The notes under the pieces are model-generated. The model made no database searches, was not told the DNA's origin, and saw only the letters and a program-made list of their open reading frames with translations. Positions 60,489 to 64,000 of a DNA stretch of 64,000 nt are shown piece after piece. Source of the DNA: Bacteroidales bacterium (GTDB lineage Bacteria; Bacteroidota; Bacteroidia; Bacteroidales; Muribaculaceae); the NCBI GenBank assembly GCA_030536615.1, contig JAUNPQ010000003.1, forward strand, positions 6,484 through 70,483, written 5' to 3'. Position 1 is the first letter of the stretch. Each line of letters begins with the position of its first letter. Both the position numbers and the translations under genes were made by a program.

Positions 60489-60758
60489 AGAAATTTTATT
60501 TTTAACGTTTTGAAATTATGCTTATTTGGTGGTTGTCAGGTTGTTAGTTCGCAGAAAGGCAGTAGGAATATGCCTCACTCAGGTTATTTAGCCGCTAAGT
60601 TACTACTTTTTTCTCATATATCTTTATCTTTTTTAATTTTTTTTGTCATAAAATGCATTTCTATCTCTTTAGGGCACAATTTCGTGGCACAATGCGTGTG
60701 GCGTACATCTTCCGACTGACCGGATTCATGGGGGGGAGGTGAATGGCCCTCAAAAGCA

Positions 60759-60790
60759 TTTGGCATTGCTCCCGCTTATTTGTATCTTTG
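60759..60790 (+). promoter_or_regulatory. Full-consensus promoter TTTG-N20-TATCTTTG for the prolyl oligopeptidase operon
   Basis: TTTG at 60759-60762; TATCTTTG at 60783-60790. Confidence 0.65.
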
Positions 60791-60818
60791 CAAAAAATAT
60801 CATATATTTTTGACAAGA

Positions 60819-62945
60819 ATGAACAGAATTGTTATACTGGCAGCCGCAGCAGGCTGCACACTTGCCATGAACGGTAAAAAACTTCATTATCCCATTCCTC
60901 CGAAGGATACAACAGTTGACACTTATTTCGGCCACAAAGTAGCCGATCCTTATCGCCCGCTTGAGGATGACACTGCGGCAACAACTCTGAAATGGGTAGA
61001 AGCCGAGAATGCCGTGACACGCGGCTACCTGGACGCCATTCCTTTCCGCGCAGACATCCACAAACGCCTCACAGAGCTGAACAACTATGCCAAATACGGG
61101 CTGCCGGTGAAATATCCCGACGGCAAATATTATTTTTTCACCAACAACGGTCTCCAGAACCAATCCGTACTTTACCGTTCCCTGACTCCCGACGGAAGCA
61201 ACGCCGAGATGGTTCTTGACCCGAACACGCTCAGCGCTGACGGAACAGTTGCCCTCAAAGGCATATGGATGAGCCCCGACGGCAAAAATCTGGGCTACAC
61301 CATATCACGCAGCGGCAGTGACTGGGAAGAGATTTTTATCCTTGATCCCATCACACTTCAACTCCGTGATGATCACATCCGCTGGGCCAAGTTCACCGGC
61401 ATTGCATGGGACGGTGACGGTTTCTACTACAGCGCATATGACGTCCCTGAGGCAGGCAAGGAATTCAGCAACGCCAATGAATATCATAAAATCTATTTCC
61501 ATCGCCTCGGCACGCCGCAATCAGCAGACACGGTGGCTTTCGAGGACAAGAATGCCCCGCTCCACTTCCACCATGCATGGACTGATGACAAAGCCAAGGC
61601 TCTCGTAGTGTCAATCGGTGGACAGGGAAATGGAAATGCGCTGAAAATAAAGCATCTGCATCAGCCGCAGTCACAGTGGATCACAATCACTGACAGTCAG
61701 GAAGACAATATAAATGTTCTTGACATCATAGGTGACACCGTGTATATTCTCACAAGCAAGGATGCTCCCAATTACCGCATTGTGGCAGCTCCGCTGAGTG
61801 ATCCACGCCCGGAAAACTGGCGCGATATAATTCCGGAAGGGAAGAGTGTTCTTGTGGGAGCAGACATCTCCGGCAACGACATCATAGTCACATACCTTGA
61901 GGATGCATCACATCATGCCTATCTGCACAGACTCTCCGACGGCAAACTGCTCCACAAGGTCAAACTGCCCTCCATAGGAAGTGTCTCATTCTCCACATCG
62001 GCAAAATCGCCCGAGGTCATGTACCGGTTCGGCTCTTTCACTGATCCCGGAGCGCTGTACACCTACAACAAAGACACCGACACTGCAACCCTGCTGCGCC
62101 ACACCGACCTCAAAGGCATTGACAGCGAAGACTATATTACCGAACAAGTGTTCTACACCAGCAAAGACGGCACAAAAGTACCTATGTTCCTCACATATAA
62201 GAAAGGTCTGCAGCGCAACGGCAAGAACCCCGTATATCTCTACGGCTACGGCGGCTTCAACATCTCTCTTGAGCCATCATTCTCAGCCAACCGTATGTTC
62301 TGGCTTGAAAACGGAGGCATATATGCCCAGACAAATCTGCGCGGCGGCGGAGAATATGGCGAGGCATGGCACGTGGCCGGCACAAAAATGCAGAAACAGA
62401 ATGTGTTCGATGACTTTATAGCGGCTGCCGAGCACCTTATCGCCGAGGGCTATACCACCCCTGACCTTCTCACAATTGAGGGCGGCTCAAACGGAGGCCT
62501 GCTTGTAGGCGCCGTGGTGAACCAGCGTCCCGAACTGTTCCGCGTCGCAATTCCCCGCGTGGGAGTGATGGACATGATGCGCTATCACCTCTTCACCATA
62601 GGCTGGAACTGGGCCCATGACTATGGAACATCGGCTGACTCTCCCGAAATGGCTGAGTATCTTCTGGGCTATTCCCCGCTCCACACCATCAAGAGCGGCA
62701 AGGACGTGCAATATCCGTCAATCCTGGTCACCACCGCTGATCACGATGACCGCGTTGTTCCGGCACATTCATTCAAATATGCCGCAGCTCTGCAGGCGGC
62801 CCAGACCGGTGACAACCCCAAGCTCATACGCATAGACTCCAAAGCCGGACACGGAGGCGGCAAACCTGTTGCCAAGATCATTGATGAATGGGCTGACATC
62901 TATTCATTCGTATTCAAGAATCTTGGCCTGACTCCCGGCAAATGA
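60819..62945 (+). CDS. Prolyl oligopeptidase (S9A)
   Basis: VADPYRPLED, YGYGGF, GGSNGGLL, TADHDDRV, AGHGGG; ATG 60819. Confidence 0.93.
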   Translation: MNRIVILAAAAGCTLAMNGKKLHYPIPPKDTTVDTYFGHKVADPYRPLEDDTAATTLKWVEAENAVTRGYLDAIPFRADIHKRLTELNNYAKYGLPVKYPDGKYYFFTNNGLQNQSVLYRSLTPDGSNAEMVLDPNTLSADGTVALKGIWMSPDGKNLGYTISRSGSDWEEIFILDPITLQLRDDHIRWAKFTGIAWDGDGFYYSAYDVPEAGKEFSNANEYHKIYFHRLGTPQSADTVAFEDKNAPLHFHHAWTDDKAKALVVSIGGQGNGNALKIKHLHQPQSQWITITDSQEDNINVLDIIGDTVYILTSKDAPNYRIVAAPLSDPRPENWRDIIPEGKSVLVGADISGNDIIVTYLEDASHHAYLHRLSDGKLLHKVKLPSIGSVSFSTSAKSPEVMYRFGSFTDPGALYTYNKDTDTATLLRHTDLKGIDSEDYITEQVFYTSKDGTKVPMFLTYKKGLQRNGKNPVYLYGYGGFNISLEPSFSANRMFWLENGGIYAQTNLRGGGEYGEAWHVAGTKMQKQNVFDDFIAAAEHLIAEGYTTPDLLTIEGGSNGGLLVGAVVNQRPELFRVAIPRVGVMDMMRYHLFTIGWNWAHDYGTSADSPEMAEYLLGYSPLHTIKSGKDVQYPSILVTTADHDDRVVPAHSFKYAAALQAAQTGDNPKLIRIDSKAGHGGGKPVAKIIDEWADIYSFVFKNLGLTPGK

Positions 62946-63892
62946 CAGTAAGGCACATAATCTTTCCGGCAGCGGCAGCCATATTGATGGCCGTTGTGAT
63001 GCAGAGCTGTTTTACCGGGGTGGAGAGCACACCACGCATCACAGAGCGTGACATCACTCGCCGCAATGTCGTTGTGTCAGCCGAGGAAAAATTCCTCTCC
63101 GATATACATCCCCAGATGCCTTCCCACTGGATGTCGGGCAAAAAGTTCTATGTGACAGACAACCGTATATCACTGATTTTCACACCCGGTGTAAACGGAG
63201 CGACACAGAACGTTCCTGATTCTCTGGCAGGAACTCTGCTGAACCTTGACAACGTGGCCTACGGCACAGGCGTGACCGGTGCCGATGAGGTCCGTCTCAC
63301 ATTCACAGACCACGCAGGGCGCAAGCTGGTATATCTGCCGGGCATCAGCCGCAAATCCTTTGCTGCTGACTCCGCTTTCCAGATTCCGTTCACTGTTGAC
63401 ATGGACATTGTCCGGAACGTAAGCCGCCGCCTTTCCGGCAACACCTATTGGCTGCTCACCCCCAGACGCTTTCATGAGGACGGCCATGAAAGCGCAGGTC
63501 TGAGGTACGTGCCGGTGACAATTATGGATGTGGTCCCGGGAAATGACGTCAACCCGCTGCGCGTCAGGTTCACCGAGAAAGATGCCGCCGATACACTCTC
63601 GGTGTTCATAACCGTCGGGTCAGGGCGCAGGGCGACACGCAATTTCAACAAGCTTTTTTCATTTGCCAACCCGCGTGACCGCTATCCTGCCATCACTGAC
63701 AAGACATGGAATGACATCATGCACTCACAGATCAGCACCGGGATGACCCCTGACGAATGCCGTCTGGCCCTCGGTGCCCCGGATGAATATCTGCACATAC
63801 CCACAACTGCCGGTATGGTGGAACGCTGGACCTATGGAGACGGCACCTACCTGTTCTTTGAGGACGGTGTGCTGGCCCGATTCAGGCGCTGA
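62942..63892 (+). CDS. Hypothetical lipoprotein with a C-terminal SmpA/BamE-like motif
   Basis: Lipobox MQSC; GMTPDECRLALGAP...ERWTY...LFFEDG. Confidence 0.6.
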   Translation: MTVRHIIFPAAAAILMAVVMQSCFTGVESTPRITERDITRRNVVVSAEEKFLSDIHPQMPSHWMSGKKFYVTDNRISLIFTPGVNGATQNVPDSLAGTLLNLDNVAYGTGVTGADEVRLTFTDHAGRKLVYLPGISRKSFAADSAFQIPFTVDMDIVRNVSRRLSGNTYWLLTPRRFHEDGHESAGLRYVPVTIMDVVPGNDVNPLRVRFTEKDAADTLSVFITVGSGRRATRNFNKLFSFANPRDRYPAITDKTWNDIMHSQISTGMTPDECRLALGAPDEYLHIPTTAGMVERWTYGDGTYLFFEDGVLARFRR

Positions 63893-63923
63893 ATCCAAGC
63901 CACACTCAAACCACAGAAAAAGC

Positions 63924-64000
63924 ATGAAACTTGTATTTTTAGGTACCGGCACATCAACAGGCGTGCCACAGATCAGATGCCGGTGTTCAGTGTGCACCTC
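63924..64000 (+). CDS. MBL-fold metallo-hydrolase (PhnP-like), 5' part only
   Basis: MKLVFLGTGTSTGVPQIRCRCSVCT; runs off the window edge. Confidence 0.8.
   Translation, partial: MKLVFLGTGTSTGVPQIRCRCSVCT

Noticed and set aside
60730-60736. G7 tract upstream of the prolyl oligopeptidase promoter as a phase-variation site
   Set aside because: Short, and outside the -33/-7 spacer, so a length change would not obviously alter the promoter.
1-64000. CRISPR array, rRNA, tRNA, invertible promoter, IS element
   Set aside because: No regularly spaced repeats, cloverleaf or rRNA signatures, IR-flanked promoter or transposase were seen by eye; tRNAscan/Infernal would be needed to exclude them formally.

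Overview
Chromosomal window from a Bacteroidales bacterium, probably Muribaculaceae-like. The assignment is inferred from TAnnTTTG promoters, AT-rich leaders without Shine-Dalgarno sites, type IX secretion (T9SS)-type C-terminal tails and gene content. Most of it is housekeeping: metY-metX-hom, comEC, aroE, tsaD-cinA-lnb-secA, an ECF sigma factor, uvrB, coaD, parE/parC, ansA, metG, tonB-exbD-exbB, pdxJ, nadK, rfbC, luxS/mtnN, legB/neuB, ompA and several peptidases. I saw no rRNA, tRNA, CRISPR array, integrase or transposase. Two elements missing from the ORF track stand out. (1) A ribosome-mediated attenuator precedes metY-metX-hom: a 33-aa leader peptide containing MSMSMMMC, with mutually exclusive antiterminator and terminator stems. 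(2) A 3,020-bp island lies between ~134-bp direct repeats that duplicate the 3' end and terminator of ompA. It carries an Abi_2/AbiF-like HEPN RNase whose leader contains an oppositely oriented ~48-nt small-RNA gene (consensus promoter, hairpin, U-tract), a candidate RNA antitoxin. All family assignments come from motif recognition, not database searches.
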